In this document: positions 8,820 through 18,183 of the stretch, in pieces
Layout: every line of letters starts with the position of its first letter
Numbering within the stretch: the first letter of the stretch is position 1
From: Vulcanimicrobiota bacterium
GTDB taxonomy: Bacteria > Vulcanimicrobiota > Vulcanimicrobiia > Vulcanimicrobiales > Vulcanimicrobiaceae
Direction: 5' to 3'
DNA: 64,000 nt
NCBI GenBank assembly: GCA_963733295.1
Contig: CAVTCS010000003.1
Span: 384,001-448,000, forward strand
Program-made: the position numbers and the translations under genes
Notes under the pieces: generated by a model
Databases searched by the model: none
The model's input: only the letters and a program-made list of their open reading frames with translations
Told to the model about the DNA's origin: nothing

Positions 8820-9940
8820 AGATCGAAGCTCTGATCGCCGGCTCGCACTTGCGCTTCGACGGCGTTTGGCAGCGCCCGCAGCAGCTGCTCTCGCGCATCG
8901 CAAAGCGCGTCCCGGTGCTCTTCGTCGAGGAACCGTTTGCTGCCGGCGACGAACGGGACGCGACCTTCGAACGGGGCGAGATCACGGTCCTGCGCCCCTT
9001 TCGGCGCGCGCCGGGCGACGCGCGCATAGATGCGGCTACGATCGAGGCGGCTCGCCGCTGGCTCGGAACGCGCCGGGGAGCGCTGTGGCTTTACACGCCG
9101 ATGATGCTCGACCTGGCGGCTGCGTTTGGGGAAGCGCCGCTCGTCTTCGACTGCATGGACGACCTCGCGTCCTTCGACTTCGCTCCCGCTGGGATGCGCG
9201 AGCGCGAACGCGCCCTGCTCGCGCGCGCCGACTTGATCTTCGCCGGCGGACGTTCGCTTTACGAGAAACGGCAAAAGGCCGGCGAACGCTTAAAGCTCTA
9301 TCCGAGCGGCGTTGAGTTCGAGCTCTTCGCAAAGACGGCTGCACTCGAAATGCATCCGCTCGTCGCGGCGCTCGACCGGCCGGTGTTTGGTTACGTCGGC
9401 GTTATCGACGAACGTCTCGATCTGGCGGTCGTGCGCGAGCTTGCGCGGCGCGAATGCCAGATCGTGTTCCTCGGACCGGTTTCCAAGATCGATCCGGCGG
9501 TCTTGCCTCGCGCACCCAACGTGAACTTCACCGGCCCGGTTCCGTACCTCGAGCTGCCGAGTTTTCTCGCGGGTTTTGACGTAGCGCTGCTTCCGTTTGC
9601 GCGCAACGCGGCAACCGCGAACATCTCGCCGACGAAGACGCCCGAGTATCTCGCCGCGGGTCTTCCGGTCGTCACGACGCCGATCGCCGACGTCGTGAGG
9701 GATTGGGGTGATGTCGTGCAGGTCGCGCAGACGCCCGGCGAGTTTGCCGATGCGTGTTTTGCGGCCTTGACTCCCGACCGCGCACGGCGCGAGCGCGGTC
9801 GCGAACGGGCCAAGATGGTCACCTGGGACGCGATCGCGGATGCGATGTGGCGCGACCTGGAACTAGTTCTTCCGGCGAGGCAGATTCCAGCGCAGCATCA
9901 CCCGGATCGTCCAGCTGGGCGTGCCTGCGACGGCCACTAG
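8816..9940 (+). CDS. Glycosyltransferase (GT-B, GT4-like)
   Basis: SHLRFDGVWQRPQQL, GYVGVIDERLD, ISPTKTPEYLAAGLPVV; TTG overlaps upstream stop (TTGA). Confidence 0.88.
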   Translation: MKIEALIAGSHLRFDGVWQRPQQLLSRIAKRVPVLFVEEPFAAGDERDATFERGEITVLRPFRRAPGDARIDAATIEAARRWLGTRRGALWLYTPMMLDLAAAFGEAPLVFDCMDDLASFDFAPAGMRERERALLARADLIFAGGRSLYEKRQKAGERLKLYPSGVEFELFAKTAALEMHPLVAALDRPVFGYVGVIDERLDLAVVRELARRECQIVFLGPVSKIDPAVLPRAPNVNFTGPVPYLELPSFLAGFDVALLPFARNAATANISPTKTPEYLAAGLPVVTTPIADVVRDWGDVVQVAQTPGEFADACFAALTPDRARRERGRERAKMVTWDAIADAMWRDLELVLPARQIPAQHHPDRPAGRACDGH

Positions 9941-10714
9941 GTTCTTCTCGAACTCGGCCGAACCGACGACCGGCGCGAGGAATTGGGCCAGCGGTAGCGC
10001 GGAGTTCGTCCCGAACGCTTTTTCGATCCGCACTCCCAGAGGGACGTCGATCCAAGTGCCTTGCACCCAATTGTACGTGAAGCTCATGCTCGAGGTGCCG
10101 ATCGCCCAACCGCGCGCAAGCGAGAGCAGTGCGCTCGGATCGATCTTCGTCTGCGCGACCTGCGTGCGAGACGATGGCCCGATCACAGAAAAATAGTTCG
10201 TGGTGGATATGCCGACCGTCCAATCGCCCGCAAAGCGATCGTAACCGGCCGCCGGTCCGATCGAATATTTTCCCGAGCCGAGCGACGAATCGCCGGCGGT
10301 CGGAAACTTCATCGTCGCACCGTACGTCCAGCGCCCGCCGGAAACGCTGCTGACCGCGAGATAGTAGAGCGTCGAATCACCCACGCCGGTGACGGCTTCG
10401 GGCGGAGAGGTCGTAACGAACGGAATCTTCACGCGAACGATATACTGCTGGCCGTTCTCGAGGTAGGGCAGCTGTCCGCGCAAGTTGAGCAGGACGCTCT
10501 GTCCGGTTTCGACGTCGTAATCCGGCGAATATTCTTCTTCGACGGAAACGTTGGGCCGTGGTGGCGGCAAGGTCGCAACCGCTTGCGGGCTCACAAGCGG
10601 CTGCGGGCTCGAAGGAGAAGGCGTGTCGGCGGAGCACGGCAAGCGCCACGGCGAGAACGCCGCGAGCGCGAGGAGCGACGCGGCAATGCGAGAGGCGGTT
10701 TTTGTGCCTGTTAT
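9863..10714 (-). CDS. Exported hypothetical protein, probable outer-membrane beta-barrel (MetA-pathway-like)
   Basis: Signal-like segment, Pro-rich linker, GVGDSTL, FPTAGDSSLGSGKYSIGPA, amphipathic beta strands; start uncertain (ATA 10714 proposed). Confidence 0.6.
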   Translation of the reverse strand: MTGTKTASRIAASLLALAAFSPWRLPCSADTPSPSSPQPLVSPQAVATLPPPRPNVSVEEEYSPDYDVETGQSVLLNLRGQLPYLENGQQYIVRVKIPFVTTSPPEAVTGVGDSTLYYLAVSSVSGGRWTYGATMKFPTAGDSSLGSGKYSIGPAAGYDRFAGDWTVGISTTNYFSVIGPSSRTQVAQTKIDPSALLSLARGWAIGTSSMSFTYNWVQGTWIDVPLGVRIEKAFGTNSALPLAQFLAPVVGSAEFEKNLVAVAGTPSWTIRVMLRWNLPRRKN

Positions 10715-11889
10715 GTCCGCGATGCCGCGTGGCTCTCGAGTTCGGCGATCCGGCGGCGCAAGGACGGATGCGAAGAGAAGAGGAGTTCCATCCAGCGAGG
10801 CTGCTCGTCTTCGACCAAATTCTGTTCGCGAAGTTGTACGAATGCGGCGATTCCGGCGCCGGCGTCGTTGGTCGCTTCGAACGCAAAACGATCCGCAGCC
10901 TGTTCGCGCGAACGAGAGAATGCCGCAAGCAACGGACCCGCCGCCATGCCGAGCGCCGACGCCACGAACAACAACCGCGCGATGCCCGTCGCCGACGAAA
11001 GCGAACGGACGCCACGATCGGCGAACGCCTGCGCGCCGAACAGGACGCCGGCCGCCGCGGCCGTTCCGGCGAAGACGCTGCGCCACACGTCTCCACTCAC
11101 GTAGTGCCCGAGTTCGTGCGCGACGACGAACTCGGCCGATGCCTCGGGAAAGCGTTTGATGAGCGTGTCTCCGATAACGATGCGGTGCGCTCCGAAAAGG
11201 CCGGTGACGTAGGCGTTCGCCTTTTCGGTTTGCCGGCTCATGTCGACGCGCAGAATCAGCGCGTTCCCTACGCCGTACCGCGCCGCCAACGAACGCAGCC
11301 GCTTCTCGAGCTCGCCGTCCAATGGCTCGAAGCGGTTAAAAAGCGGCGCGATATAGTTCGGCGCGACGACGTTGGCCAAGAGCAACAGCGGAAACGCTGC
11401 GACGGTCGCGTACGCGGGCCACGTGCGCGGCGCGCGCTCGATCGCACTGGCGAGAATTTCGAGGAGCGGCAATCCCACCGCGAGTGAGACGCCGGCAGAT
11501 TTGAGCTGGTCGAGCAGCCAGTCGCGTCCACTCTGTTTGGAGAGACCGTACCGGCGCTCGAGCACGAAACTCTCGACGTAGTCCGTGGGAAGATCGACCA
11601 GGCTCGAGAGGGCCAAACCGGCGGCGATGCGCGCGATGCGGCGCGGGCGCGGGTGATCCTCGACGGGTGGCTCGAGCGCCGGCCCCAGCCCGTACGCGAC
11701 GACTCCGAGCGTCGCGAGCGAGCGGAGCATGCCGGCCAACATCAACTGCCGGCGCAGGTGCCCGTAGGCCTTGGCATCGGCCTGCAAGTTCGAATAGGGC
11801 GAGAAGCGGTCGCGGACGGCCTCGTAGCCACGCCACGCCGTATAGCCCAAGACGAATCCGCCTGCCGAACCGATGAGAAAGCGCCGCAC
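10711..11889 (-). CDS. M48 family (Ste24-like) membrane metalloprotease
   Basis: KANAYVTG, AHELGH, SRSREQAADRFA, FSSHPSL; TM helices. Confidence 0.92.
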   Translation of the reverse strand: MRRFLIGSAGGFVLGYTAWRGYEAVRDRFSPYSNLQADAKAYGHLRRQLMLAGMLRSLATLGVVAYGLGPALEPPVEDHPRPRRIARIAAGLALSSLVDLPTDYVESFVLERRYGLSKQSGRDWLLDQLKSAGVSLAVGLPLLEILASAIERAPRTWPAYATVAAFPLLLLANVVAPNYIAPLFNRFEPLDGELEKRLRSLAARYGVGNALILRVDMSRQTEKANAYVTGLFGAHRIVIGDTLIKRFPEASAEFVVAHELGHYVSGDVWRSVFAGTAAAAGVLFGAQAFADRGVRSLSSATGIARLLFVASALGMAAGPLLAAFSRSREQAADRFAFEATNDAGAGIAAFVQLREQNLVEDEQPRWMELLFSSHPSLRRRIAELESHAASRT

Positions 11890-11906
11890 GCGAGAAGCAG
11901 TACGCC

Positions 11907-13409
11907 GTGAAGCTGCTCGTCAACTGCCGCGCGTACGTCTTCGACCCGCATTCGCGAAGCTACACGCGCCGCGAAGCGCTCGGTATCGACGGCTCTCGGC
12001 TCTGCGGGTTCGATCCGGCCGAGGCTGGGAACGGCGTCGAGCGCATCGACCTCGACGGGGCGATCGTCGTTCCGGCATTTGCCGATTGCCACGTGCACTT
12101 CGCCGAGAGCGGCTACAGCGTCGGCGCGCGAGATTTTCGCGATGTCCGGAGCTATTCCGAGTTCGGCGCACGTATCGCCCGGCTCGAACCCGACGGGGAC
12201 TACCTCATAGCGGGGAACTTCGACGATTCGAGCTGGAACGACGCGTCCGCCGACGCGCGTCCGCTCGAACGTTTTCACGCGGAACGGCTTGCACTGCTTA
12301 CGCGAGTCGACGCGCATTCGTGCTTGGTAAACCGCCGCACGTTCGAGGCGTTGGCCCTCGACCCGCAGTTGGCTGGGATCGATCGCGATCGTGAGGGTCG
12401 CCCCACGGGACGTCTCTTCCTCGCCGCGAACTGGGCCGCGCAACAGCACTTCTACGCGCGTCTTCCCCAAAGCGTCCGCCGTGCATCCGAACGGCGCGCC
12501 TACGCTCTCGCGCTCTCGGAAGGCGCGGTCCACCTGCACGCGCAGCTCTTGGGACTCGGCTCGCGCGACGCATACGCGGCGGAAATCGCGGCGCTGCGCG
12601 CGCTTGGGCCTATGAAGTGGTATCCGAAGATCTGCGAGCGCGATCCCGAGCTGGCCGTCGCGCTGGGTCTGCCCTTCGTCGGCGGCGACGTCTTTCTCGA
12701 CGGGTCGATCGGGAGCGGCTCGGCCGCGCTCTGCGCACCGTACGCCGATCGCGCGGGAAACGGTGAATTAGCGCTCGGCGATGCCGAGGTCCTCGACTTC
12801 TTCGCGCGCGCGGAGCAGCTCGGGGTCTCGGCCGGAGTTCACGCGATCGGCGATCGCGCGATCGAGCAATGTCTCGCGGCCTGGGAAGAAGTTCTCGGCG
12901 GGCGTCCGAGTTCGCGCGCGCGGCACTTCGTCGAACATTTCGAGCTTGCGACGCCCACGCAGATCGCGCGCAGCGCTCGCTTGGGCTTACTGCTCTCGAT
13001 GCAGCCGCAGTTCGACGCCGCTTGGGGCGGTCCGGGCGGCATGTACGAGACGCGACTCGGTATCGAGCGCGCGGCTTCGATGAACGCGCTGCGCACTGCG
13101 CTAAGAGAAGGCGCGACGCTGTGCGGAGGCGACGACAGCCCGGTCTGCCGGCTCTCGCCCTTGCGTGGAATGGCCGCCGCGGTCGCTCACCACAACCCGG
13201 CGCAGCGGCTGACGCCGCTCGAAGCGTTGACGATGTACACCGCGGACGCGGCGCGTCTCGGACATGCCGAACATCGGACCGGCAGGCTGGCGGAAGGCTA
13301 CGACGCCGACCTCGTCGTGCTCGACCGCGATCCGTTCGACGACGGCGACTTCGCCGCAACGCGAATCATGCAGACGTGGATCGACGGCAACCTGGTTCAC
13401 GAAGGCTGA
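11907..13409 (+). CDS. Amidohydrolase (Amidohydro_3/YtcJ-like)
   Basis: PAFADCHVH, FLDGSIGS, VHAIGDRA, EH, GGDDSPV, GYDADLVVLD. Confidence 0.9.
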   Translation: MKLLVNCRAYVFDPHSRSYTRREALGIDGSRLCGFDPAEAGNGVERIDLDGAIVVPAFADCHVHFAESGYSVGARDFRDVRSYSEFGARIARLEPDGDYLIAGNFDDSSWNDASADARPLERFHAERLALLTRVDAHSCLVNRRTFEALALDPQLAGIDRDREGRPTGRLFLAANWAAQQHFYARLPQSVRRASERRAYALALSEGAVHLHAQLLGLGSRDAYAAEIAALRALGPMKWYPKICERDPELAVALGLPFVGGDVFLDGSIGSGSAALCAPYADRAGNGELALGDAEVLDFFARAEQLGVSAGVHAIGDRAIEQCLAAWEEVLGGRPSSRARHFVEHFELATPTQIARSARLGLLLSMQPQFDAAWGGPGGMYETRLGIERAASMNALRTALREGATLCGGDDSPVCRLSPLRGMAAAVAHHNPAQRLTPLEALTMYTADAARLGHAEHRTGRLAEGYDADLVVLDRDPFDDGDFAATRIMQTWIDGNLVHEG

Positions 13410-14143
13410 ACGAATCCGAGCTTCGCTTCGAACAGCGCGACCATCGTCCGCCAATGGCGCTCCGCCGCGGCAGCATCGTACACCGGCAAGTCGCGAAAAA
13501 CCCAACCGTGCTGGGCGGGGTACGTCTCGATCTTGTGCTCCACGCCGGCGTCGGTCAGCGCTTTTTCCAGCCGCACTTTCATGTCGTCCGGAAATGACTG
13601 GTCCTCACTCGCGCCCGCAACGTAGACGCGCGCTTTCATTTTTGGAGCGAGAAGATGCGGGCTGTCCGGCGCATCGCTGGCAAGCCGGCCGGCGTGGTAG
13701 GTGGCCGTCGCGGCAATGCGATCCGGGTACGTGCCGCACGCTGTGAGCGACATTAGGCCGCCCATGCAGTAACCCGTGGTTCCGATCCCGCCAGGCTTGA
13801 CGTCGGGCTGTTCTCCCAGGAAGTCGAGGAACGCGCCGGTGTCCGACATGATGTTTTGCGCAGTCGCCGGCCCAAAGAATTTCTCCATGAGCACCTTACG
13901 TTTCTCAGGATCGCTAAAGACCGTCGCGTCCATCGGCTCGTACGGTCCCGACCGGTAAAACAGATCCGGCAAAAGGACGAAGTAGCCGTACGTCGCGAGC
14001 CGCTCGCCGAGCTCGAGCATCGCCGGACGAATGCCGACGCCGTCCATGAAGACGAGAACTGCAGGCCAAGGACCGCTGCCGCTAGGCCGATATACGTAGC
14101 TCGGACAAATCCCGTCGCGGGTCTTAATTTCAACTTTGCTCAT
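13397..14143 (-). CDS. Dienelactone hydrolase family protein
   Basis: GYCMGG nucleophile, LLPDLFYR, AQHGW; ATG 14143 (alt 14161). Confidence 0.92.
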   Translation of the reverse strand: MSKVEIKTRDGICPSYVYRPSGSGPWPAVLVFMDGVGIRPAMLELGERLATYGYFVLLPDLFYRSGPYEPMDATVFSDPEKRKVLMEKFFGPATAQNIMSDTGAFLDFLGEQPDVKPGGIGTTGYCMGGLMSLTACGTYPDRIAATATYHAGRLASDAPDSPHLLAPKMKARVYVAGASEDQSFPDDMKVRLEKALTDAGVEHKIETYPAQHGWVFRDLPVYDAAAAERHWRTMVALFEAKLGFVQPS

Positions 14144-14229
14144 TAGCTCTTGTTCTAGCATGATCTAAATACGACATCGAGGGCGCATTCCACGATGCGG
14201 AAACACGTCAGAGACGAGGAGACTTCAGG

Positions 14230-15399
14230 ATGACGACAAGACGTTCGATTCTGAGCGGCGGAGCAGTTCTCGCTGCCTCCACCCTAGGACCGGCGAGCGG
14301 CAACGCCGCCGGCTGCCCACACTGTGGACGGCTCTTGGCGAACGAGCTCGCGCAAGCACCATCGAGTGCGGTTGCGCCACGGCCACTCAAGCGGGTGCCG
14401 GCGATTCGCTTCGACTCCGTGCCCGATTTCATCAAACTCCCCGACGGTCTCTATTTAGGCGAATGCCCGGGCATCGCGACGAATTCGAAGGGCAACGTCT
14501 ACATTTTCTCGCGCGGCAACACGACCGGTCCGGCGTACGGGGCCGCTGCCTCGCAGCTTCTCGAGTTCGACCCCGACGGCCGTTACGTACGCGAGATCGG
14601 GCACAATCTCTACGCCTGGTCGTTCGCGCATACGGTAAAGGTCGATCGCTACGACAACGTGTGGTGCACCGACAAAGGCTCGGATACGGTCGTCAAATTT
14701 CGCCCCGACGGCCGCGTTGCGATGGTTTTCGGACGTAAACAGGAGGCTTCCGACGAGGGAACTGGTCCGCTGAAACATCCAAATCCGCCGCTCCCACCCG
14801 AGGATGGCCGGTTCCGGCAAGTCACCGACGTCGCGTGGGACAGCGACGACAACGTCTACATCAGCGACGGCTACATCAACTCGCGCGTAGCCAAAGCCGA
14901 CAAGGACGGCAATTGGTTGATGTCGTGGGGCACGCCTGGAACCGGGCCGAGTCAGTTCAATACGCCGCACAGTATCGCCGTCGACGCTCGCAACCGCGTC
15001 TACGTCGCGGATCGCGCCAACCGCCGCATCCAAGTCTTCGGCACGAAGGGCGAGTTCATCCGCGAGATCCACATCGACGTCGAATACGACCCGGACACCC
15101 GCCCGGCTATCGGAAACAAGCCCAGCGCATCTGCGCTGCAAACCGGAACGTTCGCACCGGGCGCGCCCTGGGCTCTCGCAATCTCACCGCCGCCGCATCA
15201 GTACCTGTATGCCTCCGACGCCTACCCTGGCCGCATCTATAAGATGACGCTGGACGGCGAGGTCATCGGCGTTCTCGGCAGCTCGGGAAAACAGCTAAAG
15301 CAATTCGGCTGGATTCACGAAATGGCCGCACCTTCAGAGAACGTGCTCTACGTCGCGGAAATCCTCAACTGGCGCGTGCAAAAGCTGATATTGCAGTAA
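14230..15399 (+). CDS. Tat-exported NHL-repeat protein (peptidyl-alpha-hydroxyglycine alpha-amidating lyase-like)
   Basis: TRRSIL twin-Arg signal; NHL repeats YISDGYINSRV, FNTPHSIAVD, VYVADRANRRIQVF; GGAG RBS. Confidence 0.85.
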   Translation: MTTRRSILSGGAVLAASTLGPASGNAAGCPHCGRLLANELAQAPSSAVAPRPLKRVPAIRFDSVPDFIKLPDGLYLGECPGIATNSKGNVYIFSRGNTTGPAYGAAASQLLEFDPDGRYVREIGHNLYAWSFAHTVKVDRYDNVWCTDKGSDTVVKFRPDGRVAMVFGRKQEASDEGTGPLKHPNPPLPPEDGRFRQVTDVAWDSDDNVYISDGYINSRVAKADKDGNWLMSWGTPGTGPSQFNTPHSIAVDARNRVYVADRANRRIQVFGTKGEFIREIHIDVEYDPDTRPAIGNKPSASALQTGTFAPGAPWALAISPPPHQYLYASDAYPGRIYKMTLDGEVIGVLGSSGKQLKQFGWIHEMAAPSENVLYVAEILNWRVQKLILQ

Positions 15400-15421
15400 G
15401 CTTCCGCCGCGCGACCCAAAG

Positions 15422-16507
15422 TCAGATCAGGGAGATCGTCTCGGTCTTTTTCGGCAGAGCCGCGAGGCGCTCTTCGAGGGCGCGCGCGAGCAGGTCGCAA
15501 ATCGGATCGTCGACTTCGTCGACGCGCCCGCTGTCGGCCAACTCCATGATCTTGGGCGAAAGCGGGATCCGCGCGAGCACCGGTGCGTTCGCCAGTTCCG
15601 CGACACTGTCCGCGTAGGACGGTCCGAAGATATCGTAGCGCTTGCCGGTGTCGGGCGCGACGAAGTACGACATGTTCTCGATCACGCCGAGGATCGGTTT
15701 CTTCAACTGGTGGATCAGATTCGCGGCCTTGCGCACGATCATCGTCGCGAGCGCTTGCGGCATCGTCACGAGCACCACGCCGTCGACGGCGAGCGACTGC
15801 AGGACCGTCAGCGGAGCGTCCGACGTGCCCGGCGGGAGATCGATCAACAAGACGTCGAGGTCGCTCCACAGCGTCTGCTCGTAGAACTGACGAATCACGC
15901 CCGAAAGGATCGGACCTCGCCAGATCATCGCGGTGTCTTCTTGCGGGGTCAAGAGGTTGGCGCTGACGATTTCGATGGCCGAACGCGAGGCGGCCGGAAC
16001 GAAGAGCGGGCGCGCGCCGGCGCCGTCGGCGGGACCGGCCGGGTCTTTCTCGATGCCAAGCGGCTCGCGCAAGCCGAAAAGACGTGGGATCGAGGGTCCG
16101 GTAATGTCGGCGTCGAGGATTCCGACGCGCCGGTGAAGGCGCCGCAGGCCGACCGCGAGCAGCGCCGTGGTCAGCGATTTGCCCACGCCGCCCTTACCCG
16201 ACATGACCGGTACGACGTACTTGAAGCGGGAACGGCGGTTGAACTCGCCAGGAGCCCGCCTGACCGGCTGCTTGTCCGAATTCATGATCGTCGGCACGCG
16301 GCCCGACAGGCGCGCTTGCGTCAGCGCCGCGAGGATCGGTTCGATTCGGAGGCCGTGCGCCGAGGCTCCTTGTTCGAGCGTCTCGTACTTGTTGACGCCA
16401 CACCCGGCACAGTGGAGGCCGAACTCGGTCAAAACCTCCTCGGCGATCGGCAAAGCGCCGACCAGTTCCCGGATGTTCGTCGAGGGTCGAATTTCGATGG
16501 CCGGCAT
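15422..16507 (-). CDS. mrp: Mrp/NBP35 (ApbC) P-loop ATPase with N-terminal DUF1858-like domain
   Basis: SGKGGVGKS, DADITGPS, WRGP, DLPPGTSD, ENMS; N-term FGLHCAGC...ETLEQGA.AHG. Confidence 0.88.
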   Translation of the reverse strand: MPAIEIRPSTNIRELVGALPIAEEVLTEFGLHCAGCGVNKYETLEQGASAHGLRIEPILAALTQARLSGRVPTIMNSDKQPVRRAPGEFNRRSRFKYVVPVMSGKGGVGKSLTTALLAVGLRRLHRRVGILDADITGPSIPRLFGLREPLGIEKDPAGPADGAGARPLFVPAASRSAIEIVSANLLTPQEDTAMIWRGPILSGVIRQFYEQTLWSDLDVLLIDLPPGTSDAPLTVLQSLAVDGVVLVTMPQALATMIVRKAANLIHQLKKPILGVIENMSYFVAPDTGKRYDIFGPSYADSVAELANAPVLARIPLSPKIMELADSGRVDEVDDPICDLLARALEERLAALPKKTETISLI

Positions 16508-16571
16508 GTTTGCGAGCTTCGACGTGCAACGCTCCCCGACCTAATCGTCAGCCCGGCGCTTGAGGAAGATC

Positions 16572-16742
16572 ATGAAGGAGAGGTACAATTTCGGCGCCGT
16601 GCTCGCTGCCTATATCGCAATCGGCGTCGTGGCGGCGCTTGCGATACGCTATCTCGTGCTCGGCTCGCCCCACTACAACTGGATCTATCCGCAGAGGACG
16701 CCGCCGGCTCCGCCCTCCGCCGCTGCTTCGAAAGCCGAGTAA
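16572..16742 (+). CDS. Small single-pass membrane protein (56 aa)
   Basis: GAGGAAG RBS before ATG 16572; one hydrophobic helix then Pro/Ala tail; directly upstream of hemL. Confidence 0.6.
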   Translation: MKERYNFGAVLAAYIAIGVVAALAIRYLVLGSPHYNWIYPQRTPPAPPSAAASKAE

Positions 16743-16773
16743 TCAACCTTTCACGACAAGCGGGAGCGCGCAC

Positions 16774-18081
16774 ATGCTCGAGACGCAAAGCCGCCTGAGG
16801 GCGATTTCCCAAGCTGCCGGAGCGCTCGCGGGTGGGGTCAGTTCGCCGGTGCGCGCCGGCGCGGCGGTGGGCGGGCGGCCGTTCGTTCAACGTTCCGGTC
16901 GCGGCGCTTATGCGTTCGACTCGCAGGGGCGTGCCTACGTCGACTACGTGATGGCCTACGGCCCGCTTCTGTTCGGACACGCGCATCCGGCCTTGGTGAC
17001 GGGTCTCGACGCGCTCGCTGCCGGTGGAAGCGTCTTCGGTTCCACCCACGCCGAGGAAGTGCGTCTCGCGGAGCGCATCGCAGAGGTTTTGCCTTCGATG
17101 CAGACTCTTCGCTTCGTGAGCACGGGCACCGAAGCGATGATGAGCGCGTTTCGCACCGCACGCGCGTTTACCGGACGTCCCGCGATCGTACGTTTCGCCG
17201 GGAACTATCACGGGCATTTCGATGCCGCACTCCACGACGCGGGCGCTTCGGCGCACACGCCGGCTGCCGAATGCAGCGGGATTCCGGCGCGAACTGCGGC
17301 CGATGCGATCGTCGCGCGTTACAACGATCTGGCCGACCTCGACGCAAAGCTCGCGCCGCGTGCGGACGAAGTGGCGGCGATCGCGCTCGAGCCGATCGTC
17401 GCGAATATGGGTCTGGTTCTCCCCGACCCGGGCTTTCTCGCGGGCGTTTTCGAGCGCGCGCGGCGCGCTGGTGCGCTCGTCATCTTCGATGAAGTGATCA
17501 CCTGGCTGCGCCTTGGTCTCGGCGGGGCTCAGGAAATGCTCGGCTTCCGGCCGGATTTGACGGCGCTCGGGAAGGTGATGGGCGGCGGTTTCCCGCTGGC
17601 GGCTTTCGGCGGCCGAAGTGACGTGATGTCGGTGCTTTCGCCGGACGGTGCGAGCTTCGCCGGCGGAACGTTTTCGGGGAATCCGTTTTCCGTCGCACTC
17701 GGGCATCGCGTGCTCGATGCGATCGAGAGCGAGCCGGGATTGTACGAACAGCTCGAATCGCAGGCGCGTCGCTTGGGCGCCGGTACGCGCCGGCTGCTCG
17801 ATTCCTTCGATCTGAACTTTCCGGTGACGCAGTTGGCGAGCATCGTCGACCTGAAGTTCAGGCGCGGTCCGGCTCCGCGCAACTACGACGAGGCTTCGCA
17901 GGCTGACGGCGAACTTTTTGCCGCTTACTATCACGCGATGCGAACGCGCGGCGTTTTGCTGGCGCCCTCGCCGAACGAGGTGATGTTCCTCTCGAGCGAA
18001 CATGGACCGGCCGAAATCGACCGGACGCTGGCTGCGACGGAAGCATCGTTGCGGGAACTTCGCGAACGAGGCCGGCTGTGA
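16774..18081 (+). CDS. hemL: Glutamate-1-semialdehyde 2,1-aminomutase
   Basis: GGVSSPVRA, STGTEA, GNYHGH, IFDEVIT, LGKVMGGGFP, GTFSGNP. Confidence 0.92.
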   Translation: MLETQSRLRAISQAAGALAGGVSSPVRAGAAVGGRPFVQRSGRGAYAFDSQGRAYVDYVMAYGPLLFGHAHPALVTGLDALAAGGSVFGSTHAEEVRLAERIAEVLPSMQTLRFVSTGTEAMMSAFRTARAFTGRPAIVRFAGNYHGHFDAALHDAGASAHTPAAECSGIPARTAADAIVARYNDLADLDAKLAPRADEVAAIALEPIVANMGLVLPDPGFLAGVFERARRAGALVIFDEVITWLRLGLGGAQEMLGFRPDLTALGKVMGGGFPLAAFGGRSDVMSVLSPDGASFAGGTFSGNPFSVALGHRVLDAIESEPGLYEQLESQARRLGAGTRRLLDSFDLNFPVTQLASIVDLKFRRGPAPRNYDEASQADGELFAAYYHAMRTRGVLLAPSPNEVMFLSSEHGPAEIDRTLAATEASLRELRERGRL

Positions 18082-18183
18082 TCGAGAACCTTCGAACGAT
18101 GAAAGATCGATCACACTCACGGCAGTGTGGCAGGCCGGGCAAACCGGCGCTCGGGAATGCGCTTTCCGAAAGGCGGGAGAGTC

